A stretch of 44,412 bases of DNA from positions 1 to 44,412 of the IMG/VR virus record IMGVR_UViG_3300022173_000053. One strand, 5' to 3'. The translations under genes were made by a program, and so were the position numbers. Origin of the DNA: a virus. Its lineage: Duplodnaviria; Caudoviricetes. Of this stretch, positions 42,230 through 44,412 are shown in pieces (within the stretch, counting starts at the first letter, position 1; the number at the start of each line of letters is the position of its first letter). Under the pieces are notes generated by a model that saw nothing but the letters and a program-made list of their open reading frames with translations, was not told the DNA's origin and made no database searches.

Positions 42230-43278
42230 CCGCGATTGACCTGACGCAAGGCCCGGTCACGCTGGTTGTTACGCCTGTTCCGGGGCCACAGGGACCGGCT
42301 GGACCTGCTGGCATGGGGGCCTCTTTCCCAGGTGGGCGCCTGACGCTTGTCAGCGGTCACCCGGAGATGCCGCAGAACGCCGACCACATCAGCACCGTTT
42401 TGTATTACGCGCCGTTCGAGAGCGACAAGATCCCACTGTTCGACGGCACCTCTTGGGTATCGCACACTTTCACCTCTGGACCCCTCGACCCTATTGGCTT
42501 GTCCATGGTTGGTGGCGCTGCGTGGTCTGCTGGCACAAAACGCGATGTGTTCGTGACGCTGGTGGATGGCTCACCCGCTTTGTGCACCGGCCCTGCTTGG
42601 CCTGGCGATTCAACAGCGTCTCGCGGGCTTGTTCGCCGCAATGGCCTGTGGGTCAACGCTGCGGCCATGACGTGCGATGTGGGCCTCGTCATCGCGGAGC
42701 ATCAGGCAACATGGGTTGGCTCGATCAACATCGGTGCGACTGGCGCGCTGGAGGCAAAATTCACGCTGGGCCAGAACCGACGCTGCGATGTGTGGAACGT
42801 GTACCACCAGCGAGAGATTCTGCTGGGCGTCGGCGCAACTCCACCGGCAGGCTCACCAATCATCGTGTGGAAGCCACAGAACCAGTACCCCGCATGGCAA
42901 GCCTTCAACAACGATCTGAACAACGCAGGCTGCTACTTCACCGGCCTGCCTCAGACGGTTGAGTGCGAGTACATCCAGCGCGGCTTCATGGACAGCTTGA
43001 ACTTTGGTTACTGCGCGTTTTTCACGGCGGTCTGCAAGGGGTCCATTACCAACGCAAAAGGCACGCTGGGCACGGTCTCATCGGACACGCTGAAGGACGC
43101 GCTCGGGGTGCAGACGTTCGCGGTTTTCAAAGATCGAGGCACCGTTGGCGCCCATCGTGTCTTCATGGGCACGGCCAACGCCAATCAACTGCGCGGCATC
43201 AGCATGTGGGGGATTACCAACCTCGGCGCTCGGGCGCCCGAAGAATCCCACGTCATGTGGATCAAGTACCAAGGCTGA
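42226..43278 (+). CDS. Second fibre/receptor-binding-associated protein with a short collagen-like stretch
   Basis: PGPQGPAGPAG followed by a PGGRLTL.SG.P motif. ATGA-coupled to the fibre. Confidence 0.6.
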   Translation: MTAIDLTQGPVTLVVTPVPGPQGPAGPAGMGASFPGGRLTLVSGHPEMPQNADHISTVLYYAPFESDKIPLFDGTSWVSHTFTSGPLDPIGLSMVGGAAWSAGTKRDVFVTLVDGSPALCTGPAWPGDSTASRGLVRRNGLWVNAAAMTCDVGLVIAEHQATWVGSINIGATGALEAKFTLGQNRRCDVWNVYHQREILLGVGATPPAGSPIIVWKPQNQYPAWQAFNNDLNNAGCYFTGLPQTVECEYIQRGFMDSLNFGYCAFFTAVCKGSITNAKGTLGTVSSDTLKDALGVQTFAVFKDRGTVGAHRVFMGTANANQLRGISMWGITNLGARAPEESHVMWIKYQG

Positions 43279-43279
43279 A

Positions 43280-43576
43280 ATGACCACACCGCACAACGAC
43301 ATCCCCGCCGAATTCGCATCCATCTACAGCCGCATTACCGCCATCGAGCAGCGCATGGAAGCGCGGTTTGACTCGGGGAACGAGCGCATGGGCCGGATCG
43401 AACACCTGCTGGCCGACAACAACGCGTCGACCGAGGAAGTGCGCGAGATCGTCGTCATGGGGAAGTCGTTTTTCAAAGTGCTGGAGCACCTGGGCAACGC
43501 GATCAAGTGGGTGGTGAGTGTGGGCGCGGCCATTGCAGCGATCTGGTACGCCACGAAAGAGTGGTGGGCCAAGTGA
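43280..43576 (+). CDS. Coiled-coil plus C-terminal TM protein (holin/antiholin-like)
   Basis: Soluble helical N-terminus, one TM (WVVSVGAAIAAIWY). Precedes the endolysin. Confidence 0.55.
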   Translation: MTTPHNDIPAEFASIYSRITAIEQRMEARFDSGNERMGRIEHLLADNNASTEEVREIVVMGKSFFKVLEHLGNAIKWVVSVGAAIAAIWYATKEWWAK

Positions 43577-43601
43577 TGCGCGCGAGTGACGCGCCACGCG
43601 T

Positions 43602-43618
43602 GATGTGATATTCACACC
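43602..43618. promoter_or_regulatory. 17-bp operator-like site upstream of the endolysin
   Basis: GATGTGATATTCACACC. Confidence 0.65.
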
Positions 43619-43636
43619 AGACACAGGAGCCAGCCC

Positions 43637-44176
43637 ATGAAAATTGATCAGTACGTCGACGACTTGATCGCGCGCGAGGGCGGCTACGTGAACCACCCGG
43701 CAGACCGCGGTGGCGCCACGAACTGGGGCATCACCGAGCAGGTGGCCCGCGCGTTCGGCTATCACGGGAAAATGCAAGACATGCCGCGATCGGTGGCGAA
43801 GCAGATTTACGTCGAGCGGTACTGGCGCGCGCCAGGCTTCGACCATGTGAACGAGCACAGCGCGGCGGTCGCCGAGGAACTGCTCGACACCGGCGTGAAC
43901 ATGGGCCAGGCGGTGGCTGGCCGCTTTCTGCAGAAGGCGCTCAACGCGTTGAACCTGGAGGCCAAGACCTACCCGGATGTGGTGGTCGATGGTGCCGTGG
44001 GGCGCATGACCATCGCGGCGCTGCGGGCCTACCTGTCGCACCGCGGCAAGGATGGCCACGTCGTGCTGTGCCGGGCGCTGAACTGCCTGCAGGGCGCGCG
44101 GTACATCGAGATCGCGGAGGGGCGCGCATCGCAGGAGGCTTTTGTTCATGGCTGGTTTTTGCACCGGGTGGGGTGA
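43637..44176 (+). CDS. Endolysin, glycoside hydrolase family 108 with peptidoglycan-binding domain
   Basis: EGGYVNHPADRGGATNWGIT, D.GVN.G, VDG..G..T, F..GW...R. Confidence 0.93.
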   Translation: MKIDQYVDDLIAREGGYVNHPADRGGATNWGITEQVARAFGYHGKMQDMPRSVAKQIYVERYWRAPGFDHVNEHSAAVAEELLDTGVNMGQAVAGRFLQKALNALNLEAKTYPDVVVDGAVGRMTIAALRAYLSHRGKDGHVVLCRALNCLQGARYIEIAEGRASQEAFVHGWFLHRVG

Positions 44177-44179
44177 GGT

Positions 44180-44401
44180 ATGCGCAACCTGATCGAACAA
44201 TCTGGCGGCCGGCGGTTCCTGCTGTCGGTCATGGCGGGCGTCTCGGCGACTGCGCTGCAGTGGTTCGGCAAGCTCGACCCGTCGGGCACTACCTACGGCC
44301 TGCTGATGGCGGCCTGCGTTGGTGCCTACATCACCGGCAACACCACCCAGAAGGTGAAGCAGGCCACCGCTGACGCGCAGGCGAGCGAGGCGGGGGCATG
44401 A
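44180..44401 (+). CDS. Holin (two TM helices)
   Basis: GGRRFLL...; GAYI.GN motif. Lies between endolysin and Rz. Confidence 0.7.
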   Translation: MRNLIEQSGGRRFLLSVMAGVSATALQWFGKLDPSGTTYGLLMAACVGAYITGNTTQKVKQATADAQASEAGA

Positions 44402-44411
44402 ACCCATACAT
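44286..44411 (+). repeat. 126-bp terminal direct repeat, right copy
   Basis: Identical to 3-128. Confidence 0.95.
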
Positions 44412-44412
44412 T

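Larger units (their letters stand above)
1..44412. mobile_element. Complete (circularly permuted) temperate podovirus genome, epsilon15/phiV10/BPP-1-like organisation
   Basis: Terminal direct repeat. Full set of terminase, portal, capsid, tail tube A/B, ejection, lysis, cI/cro and replication genes. No host housekeeping genes. Confidence 0.93.

Noticed and set aside
43602-43618. CRP/FNR binding sites (TGTGA...TCACA)
   Set aside because: Half-site spacing is 3 bp rather than the 6 bp required for CRP, and the same motif forms the cI/cro operators.
40673-44412. Diversity-generating retroelement, as in the similarly organised BPP-1
   Set aside because: No reverse transcriptase or avd gene, and no near-identical TR/VR pair differing only at adenines. 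The fibre-tip paralogs are diverged at all base types.
1-44412. tRNA or rRNA genes
   Set aside because: No cloverleaf or T-loop signature noticed in the few intergenic gaps; a tRNAscan run would be needed to be certain.

Overview
The window looks like a complete, circularly permuted, GC-rich temperate podovirus genome of about 44.28 kb. Bases 3-128 repeat at 44286-44411. Gene order follows the epsilon15/phiV10/BPP-1 plan. A leftward early arm carries YqaJ exonuclease, RecT, an excisionase-like HTH, an HNH and small ORFs. It is followed by a cI/cro switch and a rightward replication module: SF2 helicase, phage Dam methylase, VRR-NUC, a Toprim-D5 primase-helicase and an iteron ori. The structural region encodes terminases, a T7-type portal, scaffold, capsid and cement, an unusual head-appendage module, tail tubular proteins, ejection proteins (one a ~1950-aa polyvalent protein), tail fibres and lysis genes. 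The most striking observation is that no integrase is recognisable. The non-coding gap where attP/int normally sits (1081-1263) instead contains a 28-bp dif-like sequence matching E. coli dif at 19/28 positions, with a degenerate XerD arm. It is flanked by NrdR-box-like palindromes and lies next to an orphan AT-hook protein gene. This suggests a tailed phage that borrows host XerCD. Other highlights are a 17-bp quasi-palindromic operator scattered at early and late promoters, a repressor lacking the autocleavage dyad, a stand-alone paralog of the tail-fibre tip domain, and a GTA-type head-spike base next to a polysaccharide-lyase-like protein. All family assignments come from motif recognition by eye; no database searches were run.
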